52,199 bases of DNA from a virus. Taxonomy: Duplodnaviria; Caudoviricetes. The notes under the pieces are model-generated. The model was not told the origin of the DNA. It saw nothing but the letters and a program-made list of their open reading frames with translations, and did no database searches. This document shows, one piece after another, positions 18,761 through 28,434 of this stretch (its first letter is position 1; each line of letters starts with the position of its first letter). A program made the translations under genes and the position numbers. The DNA lies in the IMG/VR virus record IMGVR_UViG_3300046791_000495, positions 1 to 52,199 of that record; one strand, 5' to 3'.

Positions 18761-19681
18761 TCAGGCGGCCGCCCGGAGGGTCAGGATGCCGGTGTCCTGG
18801 GTGAACTCGAGATCGACGTTCGACCCATTGAGGACGAGGAACGCCGCCACGCCGGCGCCGAGCACCGACAGCGGGCAGAAGCCGACGAGGATGCCGGTGG
18901 TCTCTTCCCAGAAGATGACCGAGTAGGCCGGGCTTCCGGCCGCTAGCGCGAACGTCACGGTGGCGCTGTAGTCGAACCGGGCGCCATCGTCTCCCGAGTC
19001 GCTCACCGATCGGCTGACGCCAGAGAGAACCTGCGGATCGCCGACGCCCGGGCCGATCGCCCACCAGGCCGCCGGGATGTCGGTGACGTAGCGGTGGCCG
19101 CGGATGAACTGCGCCGACTCGATCAAGAGGTCGCAGCGCAGGTCGGCGTCGGCCGGCAGCACGGTGCGCGTCGAGCCGCCGATCAGGGCAGCCATCGCCT
19201 CCTCGGCGGCCTTCGGGTACATCGAGACGCCACCCTTGCCGACCCCGCGCGTCTGCAGCATCTCGAAGACCCCGCTGACGGGCCACTCGAGAACCGGCGT
19301 CGGCGAAGCGGCCAGCGGCAGCCCGTAGGCGACGTCGATGAACCGCACGAGCTGGTCACCCGAGCCGCCGTGGTCGACCCAGATGACGAGCCCGGCCGTC
19401 TCCTCCGTGGTGGTCACACTGGTGCCGTCCACGAAATAGAGGACGCCTTCGTAGAACCAGCACGCGGTGTCGTCCTCGCCGTCGAGCTCGATCAGGAACT
19501 CGGTCGCGTACGGCGAGAAGTCGGCCTCGACCGTGTGCGTCGGGTCGAACACGTAATCGCTGGTGACGCCCTGGATCTTGACCGCGGGCGTCGCGCTCAT
19601 GGTCACCAGTGTGGTGTTCTGCGTCCCCGACCACGAGGCGCCGAGGAAGTTATAGAGGAACCGGCGGTAGAGGCTCGACAT
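18761..19681 (-). CDS. Minor tail protein with apparent internal duplication
   Basis: Directly after the tape measure gene; halves beginning SSLYRRF and VSMYPKA have similar layout. Confidence 0.7.
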   Translation of the reverse strand: MSSLYRRFLYNFLGASWSGTQNTTLVTMSATPAVKIQGVTSDYVFDPTHTVEADFSPYATEFLIELDGEDDTACWFYEGVLYFVDGTSVTTTEETAGLVIWVDHGGSGDQLVRFIDVAYGLPLAASPTPVLEWPVSGVFEMLQTRGVGKGGVSMYPKAAEEAMAALIGGSTRTVLPADADLRCDLLIESAQFIRGHRYVTDIPAAWWAIGPGVGDPQVLSGVSRSVSDSGDDGARFDYSATVTFALAAGSPAYSVIFWEETTGILVGFCPLSVLGAGVAAFLVLNGSNVDLEFTQDTGILTLRAAA

Positions 19682-22600
19682 TTATGCCGCCCCCCACTGC
19701 TGCTCGGCGGTCCGGGCCAGCCGGTTGATGGCGACGGCCACGTCGTCGGTCCGCTCCGCCGTTTCCTGCGTCGCCATGATGATCTTACCGAGCTGCTCGC
19801 GGTTCTCCTGCCGGTGCTTCTTCTTCTCCTTCAGGCTCTCCTCTTCGGTCTTGTTGAGCCGCTCGTCGAACACCACGTTCTTCTCGTAGATGCGCTTCGG
19901 CCGCGGCGACTTGATGAAGTCGATCGACATCGACTCGAGGGCGTTGAAGAACTGCTTGAACGTGTCGCCACCGATCCCGAGGAAGCCGAGGCCGGTGCCG
20001 CCGGCGCTGAAGGTCTTCGCCGAACCCAGCAGGGCCTTGTAGGAGTCCGGCAGAGCGTCGAGGGCCGTGAGGTTGCCGCCCTTCGCCTGCGAGAGGAGCT
20101 TGAGGAAGTCGCTCACCTGCGTGGAGAGCCGCTCGCGCTCGGTCAGCGGACTGGTCGACTCGTCGAGCCGCGCCTCGTGGATGGCGTTGATGAAATTGTC
20201 GACGCCGGTCTTCCACCGGTCGGCGGCACTGTTCAGGGTCCCGGCCGCCTTGCCGATGTTCTTGCCGGCGTCACCGATCTTCAAGGAGTCGACGTCGATG
20301 TTGAGGTCCTTGAGCATGTCGGTGACTTCGTCGATGATCTTGAGCTCCGCCTCCCAGAGGGCGATCTGCGCCAACAGTTCCGCGCGGTCACCCTCGAACT
20401 TCGCTTTGTCGAGCTTCAGCTCGCCCTCGGCAACCTTCGCGGACCCGCGCAGGTACGCCACCTGGCCACCGAGCTTGGCCTTGTTGAGATCGATCTCCGC
20501 CTTCGCGGCCTCGACCTGCCCGGTCAGGTAGGCCTTGCGCGCCATCAGCTCGAGCCGGTACATCGCCACCTGAGCGTTGAACAGGGTCGCCTCGGCCTTG
20601 CGGCGCTTCAGCTCCTCCGCGGGCGTCTCCTGCTTGCCGGTGATCTGCCGGTAGAGACCAAGGAAGGTGGTGCCGGCGAACTTCTCGGTCAGCATCGCGG
20701 CGTCGTTGGCGCTGACGCCAAGGTCGAGAAGCTGCTGCGTCATGCTGTGGACCGACGGGATGGCATCGCGAATGGCGATGCCGAGGTCGCTCAGGCCGGA
20801 CGCGCCATCGAGAATCTGCTTCGTCAGCTGGGCGGCTTGGTTCAGCTTCTCGACGTCGACGCCCTGCCAGTTCTTCACCATGCTCTTGAAGAGCGGATCG
20901 ACGGCCGACCCAAACTTCGCTGAGTCGAACGCCTTCTTGGCGGCGAAGATCACGGCGTCGTTCATGTTCATAAAATCGCCGTAGACCTGGTCTTTGAATT
21001 TGACCTGGATCCGCTTGCCGTCGTTCCTGACCTGCACGGTCACATCGTCCATGCCGGTGATGAACGAGCCCGCAGCGGTGCTGAGATTCTTGAGCAGGCT
21101 CAGGACGGCGTTGCCGGCCGCGGCCGACTTCCCGCCGCCGAGCGCGCCGAGCACGCCATCGTCTCCGAGCCCGACGGTCGATTGGCTCCCGAAGGTCTTG
21201 GCCTTCGCGTTCTTCCGTCCCCAGATGACGACTGCCGCCATGAGCGCCGGCACGAGGAACATCGCCGCAGTGCTCGCCCATCCGGCGCCTCCGGCCGCGG
21301 CGCCTCCGGTTCCGCCACCGACCGTCCCGGTGATGGTCCCGACTCCAGTTCCGGCCGCGGATGCGCTCCCCGCCCCGGCGCCCGCGACCCCGGAGGCCCC
21401 AAAGGCACCGCCAGTGGCTCCGGCCATCGACCCTGCTGATGCACCGGATCCTGAGCCGCCGCGCGAGAAGAGCTTCTTGAAGGTGTTGAAGTACGCCTTC
21501 ATGCCGGCCGCGCCCTGCGCGTTGTAGTCGCCGCCGGAGGATGCCGACTCGAGGGCGGCGCGTTCCGCGGCGGCGCGAGCTGTGAGCGCGGTCTTCGCGA
21601 GCTCGCCGGTCGCCCACGTGGCGACCATGTCGGCGACCATCTTGATGAACATCTGCTTCAGTTGATCCATCAGCCGCTTCCAGATGTTCCCGCCCTGAGT
21701 GAAGATCCCCTGGAGGAAGCCGCTGAACGTGTTCTGCATGTCGCGCAGGCCTTCGTTCCAGATCTCGATCATCCGGCCGCCGGTCGACTCGTCGAAGTGC
21801 TTCTTCGCGAGTCGCATGAGCTCCAGCTTCTCGGTCGCCGCACCGATCTCCGCCGCCATGCTCTTGTAGGCCTCGATGGACTGCTCGGCGATCAGCGGGT
21901 TGGCGGCCTTGATCTCCTCGAGCTTCATCAGGTAGGCGTTCTGCGCCTTCTCGCCCGCCGCGAAGGCAGCCCCGAGCGGGTCCCTGCTGGAATTGGCGAG
22001 GAGCTCGTCGATGTCGCTGCCGATCTTGTCGAGGGTGGCCTGCCCGGCCAGCATGTCGTCGTTGACCTTCTTCCAGACGGCGGCGTCCTGAGTGTCGAAT
22101 TCCAACTGCCGCTTGCGGGTGTCGGCGACGCGGTCTCCGAGCACTCCTTGCTCGGCGATCTCGATCGTGATCTGCCGGAGCGTCGCGAGCTGAGCGGCGG
22201 TAAACTTGGACCCGAAGTTCTCCTTGTCGAACTGCTGCGCTGCGAGGTTCTTCGCGCTGTTCAGGTACTCGGCGGAGTAGATCTGGAACGGGTCTTCCTT
22301 CTTCTCCACTCTTTCCTTGGCGACGCGCAGCTTCGCCAGCAGGGCCTCGAGCGTCTCCTTGAATTTCGGATCGAACGCCTTGGCGAGGTTGTCGCCCATG
22401 TCCTTCGTCAGGTAGTCGGAGATCCGCAGTGCCGCGACCCAGACGTCGAGGTCCTTCTTCCACTTGCTGCTGTCTTCGAGGATCGCCGTCAGATTCGACT
22501 TGAGAGCATCGAGCGTCAGGCTCTTCTGTTCCTTCGTCGGCTGGTTGCCGCCGAAGAACTCCATGTCGAATGAAGCCTTCTCCTTCTCGCTGAACTTCTC

Positions 22601-24760
22601 GTAGAGAGCCCCAACGCGCTCTCCCGGCGAGAGCTTCGTCGCGAAGCTGTCCATGTCGGCGATGGCCTGCCGAGCGGAATCGACCGCCGCGGCCGCCTTC
22701 TTCGCGATCGGCTCGAGCTGAGACAGCTGCGTCGACGCCGGCAGGATCTCGCCCTTGTGCGCCTGACTCCAGTCGCTGATCCCCTTTGCGGCGCCGAGGA
22801 ACTCCTGGTAGCCCTGCGTGAGGCTCCGGATGGAATCGTCGTACTGCTTGGCCACGAGATCCTGATTGCCGCGCTCGAACATCGCAGCGCCGATGGCGAT
22901 TCCACCGGCGGCCCCAAGCGGGCCGAGCATGGATGCCGCCTCGACGGCGCTGATGGCCTTGACCGCCACGAGTACCTTGGCGAGACCGGCGTAGATCTTC
23001 TCGAACGCCCAGGCGGCCAGCCACGCCTCTCCGAACGCGATCACGTGGCGGACCAGCTCGTCGAGCTTCGCCTTACTCTCGTTCAGGCCCTTCAAGAACT
23101 CGGCGATCGAACCCATGAAGCCCTGAATCAATCCGCCGGCCTGCCCCTCGGAGATCGACGCCATGAGGAGCTCGTACTCGGTCTTCAGCTGGTTGACGCT
23201 GCCGATCATCGACTGCGAGGCGGCCGCGGCCTGCGGCCCGTAGATCTGCTCAAGAGCCTTGGCCAGCTTCGGCAGGAGGTCGGTAGCGAGGATCTTGCCC
23301 TGGTACAGGGCCTTGTAGAACTGGTCGTTCGTCATGCCCATGGCGCGGGCGGCGATGATCATGGCGCCCGGGACGTGCTCGGCGAACTGCTGGCGAAGGT
23401 TCTCGGCCGTGACGTAGGTCTGCGACGCCATCTGCTGCAGCGCGAGGAACGCGCGCTGCGTGCGATCAGCCGAGAGCCCGAGGACCAGCGTGGTCTTCGA
23501 CAGGGCGACGAAGATGTCGCGGGCCTGCTGACCAGCGATCGGCGTGCCCTTCACGGCGGCAACGAACTTCGAGTACTCGTCGGCGGCCGCGAACAGATCA
23601 ACCCGGAGATCTCGAGAGACTGACTTCAGGAACTCGAACTCGATCGACGCCTTGTGGATGTCCCCGGTACCGGCGGACAGCGTGTTGATGATGCGGTTGT
23701 ACTCGATGCCGTACTTGACGATTTCGCGGAGAGCGATGCTGGAGCTCAGGCCGATGAACGCAAGCTTGACGATGTTCACCATGCTGGTCAGCCGGCTGAT
23801 CGGCCCCTTCCAGGCGTTGACGTACTGCAGCGCTGCGGCCTCCTGAGCTGCCGCCATCTTCTGGGCGTCAGCGACGGCCGCCGCAGCGTCTCTGGCCCTC
23901 TGGGCCTGCAACTGCTGACGCTTCTTGATCTCGACATCGATGTCTCTCGCCATCGAGGCGCCGAGCTGTCGCTGAGCGTTCATCTGCTTGCTGACGTCAG
24001 AAGCCATCGCCGCGCCAAGCTGCTTCTGGACGTTGAGGGCCTTGATCGCGTCGGCCTGACGCTGCGCCATTGCCGCCTTGCCGGACGCGACCAGAGCCGC
24101 ATCAGTCCGCCTCTGAGCATTCAGCGCCGCGAGCGCTTCACTCTCGCGCGCCTTTATCGCCCTCTGGCCGGCGGCAGCGCGGTCGTTGAGCGCTTTCTCA
24201 GCGACGCTCGCCGATGCCTTCTCTTCGGCCGCCGTTTTTCGATGCAGGGCGACGCTCTCCGTCGCCATCTGCTTCTCGACGGAGTGGAACTTGCTGATCG
24301 CCCTGGTCATCTGGTCGATGTCGTCGAACTTGACGTGGCCAGCCTGCCCGATCTTGAACCCAGCCTGGTTCGCTACCAGCTGGAAGTAGTCGCGCGCTGA
24401 ATCAGAGAGCTGCTTCCAGCCGCGAATCTGGCCCTGGATCGGCTGGCTCGCAGCGTGAGCGGCCTGATCCCGATTGAGAGTCTTCAGGACAACAGACTCT
24501 TCCTCCATGGCCTTCACTGCGGCCCTGGCGGCGTCCGTGTACTTCCGCCTCTCCTTGGCGCTGAGCTCCGTCGCTGCGGTGTTCTTCTTCTGCGATTCGG
24601 TGACGATCTCCGTGGCGCGCTCGAGCGAGATGGCACCCTTGCTCGCCTCGAACATCTCCTTGGCGAGCTTCTCGATCGTCGCGGCCTGCTTCGCGGCCGT
24701 GCCGTCGTCTTCGCCCGTCAGGCGAAAACCGACTGGGGTCAGGCCGTCCCACTCAGCCAC
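19682..24760 (-). CDS. Tape measure protein
   Basis: 1692-aa Ala-rich helical protein with ALQQMASQTYVTAENLRQQFAEHVPGA tape-measure motif, downstream of chaperones. Confidence 0.93.
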   Translation of the reverse strand: MAEWDGLTPVGFRLTGEDDGTAAKQAATIEKLAKEMFEASKGAISLERATEIVTESQKKNTAATELSAKERRKYTDAARAAVKAMEEESVVLKTLNRDQAAHAASQPIQGQIRGWKQLSDSARDYFQLVANQAGFKIGQAGHVKFDDIDQMTRAISKFHSVEKQMATESVALHRKTAAEEKASASVAEKALNDRAAAGQRAIKARESEALAALNAQRRTDAALVASGKAAMAQRQADAIKALNVQKQLGAAMASDVSKQMNAQRQLGASMARDIDVEIKKRQQLQAQRARDAAAAVADAQKMAAAQEAAALQYVNAWKGPISRLTSMVNIVKLAFIGLSSSIALREIVKYGIEYNRIINTLSAGTGDIHKASIEFEFLKSVSRDLRVDLFAAADEYSKFVAAVKGTPIAGQQARDIFVALSKTTLVLGLSADRTQRAFLALQQMASQTYVTAENLRQQFAEHVPGAMIIAARAMGMTNDQFYKALYQGKILATDLLPKLAKALEQIYGPQAAAASQSMIGSVNQLKTEYELLMASISEGQAGGLIQGFMGSIAEFLKGLNESKAKLDELVRHVIAFGEAWLAAWAFEKIYAGLAKVLVAVKAISAVEAASMLGPLGAAGGIAIGAAMFERGNQDLVAKQYDDSIRSLTQGYQEFLGAAKGISDWSQAHKGEILPASTQLSQLEPIAKKAAAAVDSARQAIADMDSFATKLSPGERVGALYEKFSEKEKASFDMEFFGGNQPTKEQKSLTLDALKSNLTAILEDSSKWKKDLDVWVAALRISDYLTKDMGDNLAKAFDPKFKETLEALLAKLRVAKERVEKKEDPFQIYSAEYLNSAKNLAAQQFDKENFGSKFTAAQLATLRQITIEIAEQGVLGDRVADTRKRQLEFDTQDAAVWKKVNDDMLAGQATLDKIGSDIDELLANSSRDPLGAAFAAGEKAQNAYLMKLEEIKAANPLIAEQSIEAYKSMAAEIGAATEKLELMRLAKKHFDESTGGRMIEIWNEGLRDMQNTFSGFLQGIFTQGGNIWKRLMDQLKQMFIKMVADMVATWATGELAKTALTARAAAERAALESASSGGDYNAQGAAGMKAYFNTFKKLFSRGGSGSGASAGSMAGATGGAFGASGVAGAGAGSASAAGTGVGTITGTVGGGTGGAAAGGAGWASTAAMFLVPALMAAVVIWGRKNAKAKTFGSQSTVGLGDDGVLGALGGGKSAAAGNAVLSLLKNLSTAAGSFITGMDDVTVQVRNDGKRIQVKFKDQVYGDFMNMNDAVIFAAKKAFDSAKFGSAVDPLFKSMVKNWQGVDVEKLNQAAQLTKQILDGASGLSDLGIAIRDAIPSVHSMTQQLLDLGVSANDAAMLTEKFAGTTFLGLYRQITGKQETPAEELKRRKAEATLFNAQVAMYRLELMARKAYLTGQVEAAKAEIDLNKAKLGGQVAYLRGSAKVAEGELKLDKAKFEGDRAELLAQIALWEAELKIIDEVTDMLKDLNIDVDSLKIGDAGKNIGKAAGTLNSAADRWKTGVDNFINAIHEARLDESTSPLTERERLSTQVSDFLKLLSQAKGGNLTALDALPDSYKALLGSAKTFSAGGTGLGFLGIGGDTFKQFFNALESMSIDFIKSPRPKRIYEKNVVFDERLNKTEEESLKEKKKHRQENREQLGKIIMATQETAERTDDVAVAINRLARTAEQQWGAA

Positions 24761-24763
24761 GCG

Positions 24764-25137
24764 CTACTCCTTGGTCGACTTGCTGGCCGATTCGCGCCGG
24801 CGCGCAATGAATGCGAGATAGCCGTCGTCCATCTCGCCGACGACGTGGACGAAGTCCTCGAGATCCTCTGGTTCCGACACCTCGAGAATCTCCTTGCAGT
24901 AGTGCATGATGTCGATCGCCTTGATTGGCAGGATCGTGCTGCCGCCCATGGCGTCCAGAGTGTTGCGCTCCCGGCTGAGCGCCTCGAAGACGTCGAGATA
25001 CTGGCGATCCGCCGAGCCGGTAGAGGGCCGCCGCAATACAACAGGCGGCACCTCTCCGGTACGGAGAAAGTACGCGAGCAGAGCCTTGAGGTTCGGCGCC
25101 CACTCAGCGTCCCATTCGATCAGCCGGCGGAGTCTTT
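24764..25137 (-). CDS. Tail assembly chaperone C-terminal extension (gpGT-like, via -1 frameshift)
   Basis: The -1 frame after GGGAAAA is open (RLRRLIEWDAEWAPNL...VPPVVLRRP...) to the stop at 24764. Confidence 0.8.
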
Positions 25138-25554
25138 TCCCGCTTCAGCTCTCCGAGCCTGACGGTAGTTGGTCGGGTTGGACGCCTGCTGCATGACCCA
25201 CTCGCGCAGGTCGTAGATGCCGAGCATCAGGTCCTTGGCGGCCTCTCGGCTGAACGGGGTCTCGACGCCATCGACGACGACGCCCTTCCAGTCCTTCAGG
25301 ATCGACTTCGCGATCCGCTGGGCGTTCAGCTTCGCGTCGATCGCCGGGTCCATGTCGCCGCCCCGCAGGAGGACCTCGTACGGTCCGTAGAGCTCTCTCA
25401 GGACCTTCGTGTCCTCGTTCGTGCCCGAGCGCGCGATGCGGAATTCGACACCCGGCGCGAATTCGCGCCACACGCCATCACGCTCCGCGTTCTGGTCGCT
25501 TCTGAGGGTGCCGAGGTCAAGCTTGGTTGCCACTTCACTCATCTTCCACTCCAT
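25120..25554 (-). CDS. Tail assembly chaperone (gpG-like)
   Basis: ERDGVW...FRIAR...ILKDWKGV...PFSREAA motif; between tail tube and tape measure. Confidence 0.85.
   Translation of the reverse strand: MEWKMSEVATKLDLGTLRSDQNAERDGVWREFAPGVEFRIARSGTNEDTKVLRELYGPYEVLLRGGDMDPAIDAKLNAQRIAKSILKDWKGVVVDGVETPFSREAAKDLMLGIYDLREWVMQQASNPTNYRQARRAEAGKDSAG
25135..25141 (-). other. Programmed -1 frameshift slippery site G GGA AAA
   Basis: X XXY YYZ heptamer in the correct phase near the end of the chaperone ORF. Confidence 0.85.
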
Positions 25555-25568
25555 GCCCCTCCGGGGCG

Positions 25569-25597
25569 AAAAGGGAGGGGCGACCCGCGCCCCTCCC
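25569..25597 (-). terminator. Intrinsic terminator/attenuator after tail tube gene
   Basis: Perfect 10-bp stem GGGAGGGGCG/CGCCCCTCCC, 5-nt loop, 4-nt U-tract on minus strand. Confidence 0.75.
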
Positions 25598-25611
25598 GAG
25601 GTGACTTCGTC

Positions 25612-26772
25612 TTACGCGCCGTCGAAGCGCGTCCACTGCATGGTCGCCAGCGTCGCCGGGTCGCGGAAGGCCCGGAAGCTCGCTTCGACCATCACGTCGC
25701 CGTCCGGACCGGTCGCGACCACCTTGGCCTGCGTGATCTTCAGCGCCGGGAGGCGGAAGACGTACGCGTTGCCGTCGGTGTCGTACAGCCGGAACGAGAG
25801 CTTCGTGGTGGTGTAGTTCAGGAACTGGTTGAACAGCGTGTTGTTGGCGAAGTACGCCTTGAACGTGCCCTCGACCATGAAGCGGCCGATCGAGATGCCG
25901 ATCGCTTCCGCGCTGCCGATCGCCCGTCGCGCGCGGACGTTGTTGTTGCCCGACAGCCCGACCTGCTGGATGTCGAGCGTCGACAGGACGTCGTCCTGGT
26001 AGATCGCCGTCACGTTGTCGATGGCGTTCATCACCGAGTTGGTGTTGGCGTCGACGTACCCGGTGCCGATGGTGGCACCGAGCGCCTCGGCCTTCTTGCC
26101 GAGGAACGCCACGTTCCAGGTGGTGATGCTGCCGACCTGCACGTCGACCGCGAACGTGTTGACCACCATGCCGCGGAAGGCATGGAAGATGTTGGTCAGG
26201 TCGGTGAACTGCTTCTCGATCGAGAAGGACGTGAAGGTGGTGCCGTTGCGGATCATCCCGTCGTTCGAGAGGGTCCGCGCCTCGGCCGCCTCGTCGGGGA
26301 GGGTGAGGCCTCCGACGGCCAGTTCTGTGGCGCTGACCGACACGACCCAGAAGTAGCCGTTGGTTGCCGGCAACGTGCCGTCGGCGGCGAAGCCGTCCAT
26401 GCCGACCACCCATCCGTCGGCGGTGAAGTCGCCGGAGGCGCGGGTGAACTTGTTCCCTGTCGCGACCGCGGCGATGGTGGCCGAGGTCGTGATGTCCGAC
26501 GTCCACTCGGACATGAACATGCCTTCGGCGAGGGTGTCGAGGGTCCCGTAGGAGACCTCGCCGTTGATCCCGCCGTCGGCGTTGACTTCGGTTCGGACGA
26601 TGTCGGCGACGTCACGCGTCTGCGTGATCTCGCCGGATTCGGTGGTGCTCTGGGCCTGGCCCAGATCTTCACCGTTCATGCGCTGGTACTCGAGGTCGAC
26701 CGCCGGGGTCTCACCCCAGTCGGGCGGGACCTCCTTGGCCAGCGCTACGGTGACGTAATTGGTATCGCTCAT
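25612..26772 (-). CDS. Major tail tube protein
   Basis: WGETP...SGEITQTR...GGINGEVSY...SFSIEKQFTD...FRGMVVNT...GRFMVEGTFKAYF...YVFRLP typical of siphophage tube proteins. Confidence 0.9.
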   Translation of the reverse strand: MSDTNYVTVALAKEVPPDWGETPAVDLEYQRMNGEDLGQAQSTTESGEITQTRDVADIVRTEVNADGGINGEVSYGTLDTLAEGMFMSEWTSDITTSATIAAVATGNKFTRASGDFTADGWVVGMDGFAADGTLPATNGYFWVVSVSATELAVGGLTLPDEAAEARTLSNDGMIRNGTTFTSFSIEKQFTDLTNIFHAFRGMVVNTFAVDVQVGSITTWNVAFLGKKAEALGATIGTGYVDANTNSVMNAIDNVTAIYQDDVLSTLDIQQVGLSGNNNVRARRAIGSAEAIGISIGRFMVEGTFKAYFANNTLFNQFLNYTTTKLSFRLYDTDGNAYVFRLPALKITQAKVVATGPDGDVMVEASFRAFRDPATLATMQWTRFDGA

Positions 26773-26890
26773 GGAGTCGTCTCCAGACTGAGTGTTGCGT
26801 TCCGTCCCCCTATTGTTGGGGGCCGAGGAACCCGTCCTCTAGCCCGGAAACGACACCCGTTCGCTCCCTCGGGGTTGTTGCCGTTGAGAG

Positions 26891-26918
26891 ATCATACTCT
26901 CACGGCGCATCTTGTCGA
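26891..26918 (-). promoter_or_regulatory. Sigma70-like promoter for tail tube gene (TCGACA-N16-TATGAT)
   Basis: Near-consensus boxes in an intergenic gap; the -10 box is the loop of an inverted repeat. Confidence 0.55.
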
Positions 26919-26925
26919 GTGCTAC

Positions 26926-27150
26926 TTACTCCATCCTGTCGATCCAGACGCCGGGGCTCACCTCGCGGTGGACCAGGCGCTTGCCACTCACCGGCGCCGA
27001 GCTCTCCCTGGGCGCGGCCTCCCCTTCCTGGTTCGGCCTCCGGTCTTGTACTTCGTGTTGAAGCTCGCTCTCCTGCGGGACGGCTTCTTCGGTGGTTTCA
27101 TCGTTGGCCTCCAGAGCCCCCGGCTCGATCCCGTGGTAGGTGAAGTCCAT
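26926..27150 (-). CDS. Hypothetical acidic protein (74 aa)
   Basis: ATG at 27150 by TGATG overlap with GAGGAGG RBS (MDFTYHGIE...). Confidence 0.55.
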   Translation of the reverse strand: MDFTYHGIEPGALEANDETTEEAVPQESELQHEVQDRRPNQEGEAAPRESSAPVSGKRLVHREVSPGVWIDRME

Positions 27151-27563
27151 CAGCTGACCTCCTCGTGCTCGTCGCGCTCGAACGGACAGTCGACGATCAG
27201 GATGCGCCACGCGCCATCCCTCGCCGGCCCCGTCAGCGTTGGCGTCCTGAACCTGCCGATCCCATCGAGGTGCTTGCCGCGGAAGAGCGCCGCCATCGTC
27301 TCCATCGCGGTCTTCGCCGTGCTCGTGGGCGTCGACAGCGGGAAGTAGCCGGCGAAGCGCAGCATCGCTGTGTAGCGGTAGAAGTTGGTCATGCCGGCCT
27401 TGGCCGACTGGCCGCCATCCTCGCCCACCACCGAGGGCACGATGTAGGCCGTGCCGATCTTCGGCTCGTACAGCTCGCCCCAGAACTCCCAGGACAGCGC
27501 CGTGTCGGTCCACTGGTCGAGCAGGAGCTCCTGAATCGCCTCGTCGCGCTCGGACCAGTTCAC
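27150..27563 (-). CDS. Tail terminator-like protein
   Basis: Size, position before the tube gene and C-terminal GAWRILIVDCPFERDE pattern. Confidence 0.7.
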   Translation of the reverse strand: MNWSERDEAIQELLLDQWTDTALSWEFWGELYEPKIGTAYIVPSVVGEDGGQSAKAGMTNFYRYTAMLRFAGYFPLSTPTSTAKTAMETMAALFRGKHLDGIGRFRTPTLTGPARDGAWRILIVDCPFERDEHEEVS

Positions 27564-28051
27564 AGCGACCTCAGAATCTTGATGACCGCCTTGCGGCCAC
27601 TCTCGGCACTGCCTTCGTCGTCCATGCGGACGGCGGCGATTCGACGGGCGGTGACCAGACTTTCGGGGATGTACCCATGGATCGCGTCCTGCGGGATCGC
27701 GTAGTGGAGCGGGCTGGTGACGTAGACGTCTCGGGCCGGGCCGCGCGAGCGCCCGTAGCCCTTCAGCTGGCCCAACTGCCGCGAACGATCGAGCGGGATC
27801 GAATCGGCAACGCCGGTGTGTGGCGGCACCTCGCCGATGTTGGTCGGGCGATCGAGGCTGGCCGTGAAGCTCGAGCGGAGGCGGCCGGAGAACTTCGGAG
27901 CGGTCACCATCAGCGCTTCGGTCAGAGCCTTGGCGAAGTTCGCCTGCCGCTCCTTGAGCATGCGCGTCGAGCCATCGAGCAGTCGGCGCTTGATCTCCGC
28001 GCCGTTGGGCCGCTTCTTCGGCCAGAAGCCGGTGAACTGGACCTTGAGCAT
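27560..28051 (-). CDS. HK97 gp10-like tail completion protein
   Basis: TAPKFSGRLRSS resembles the tPvdTGxLR motif; VYVTSPLHYA; start MLKVQF at 28051. Confidence 0.7.
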   Translation of the reverse strand: MLKVQFTGFWPKKRPNGAEIKRRLLDGSTRMLKERQANFAKALTEALMVTAPKFSGRLRSSFTASLDRPTNIGEVPPHTGVADSIPLDRSRQLGQLKGYGRSRGPARDVYVTSPLHYAIPQDAIHGYIPESLVTARRIAAVRMDDEGSAESGRKAVIKILRSL

Positions 28052-28428
28052 CAGACCCTGACGACCATCTCGTAGAGGATCTGGATCGTGATCGATCGCG
28101 TCTGACGAGCCGCGAGGATCACCAGCGCCGGCTCGGAGCTCGCACTCGGCCCGAGCCTCACGAGATCTCCGGGCTTGGGAATGAAGGACATCCTCTTTCC
28201 AGGAACCACGAGGGAGGAGTCCGTCTTGAGTACCGTCTCTCCATCGACGAGATCTTGCGACACGCCAACCAGGACCGCCTCGATTGCTTGCCCAGCCGGA
28301 GTCGGCGCTGCCATCTGGTTCGTCGCCGAATCGTAGACGGCAGCTCGTTCGATGTAGCACTTCTCGGAGCCGACGAATAGGTCGTCGACGATCTGCTGGA
28401 TGTCGGTGAAGAAGGAAGCGGTGAACAT
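28051..28428 (-). CDS. Head closure / head-tail joining protein
   Basis: YDSAT...LVDGETVLKTD...PKPGD pattern; position. Confidence 0.7.
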   Translation of the reverse strand: MFTASFFTDIQQIVDDLFVGSEKCYIERAAVYDSATNQMAAPTPAGQAIEAVLVGVSQDLVDGETVLKTDSSLVVPGKRMSFIPKPGDLVRLGPSASSEPALVILAARQTRSITIQILYEMVVRV

Positions 28429-28434
28429 CGCGGC

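Noticed and set aside
20388-23024. 878-aa alternative-frame ORF inside the tape measure gene
   Set aside because: Arg/Gly/Pro-rich off-frame translation expected at this GC content.
26790-26885. Tail tube leader as a known riboswitch such as c-di-GMP-I
   Set aside because: Conserved aptamer nucleotides are not recognisable; kept only as an unknown structured leader.
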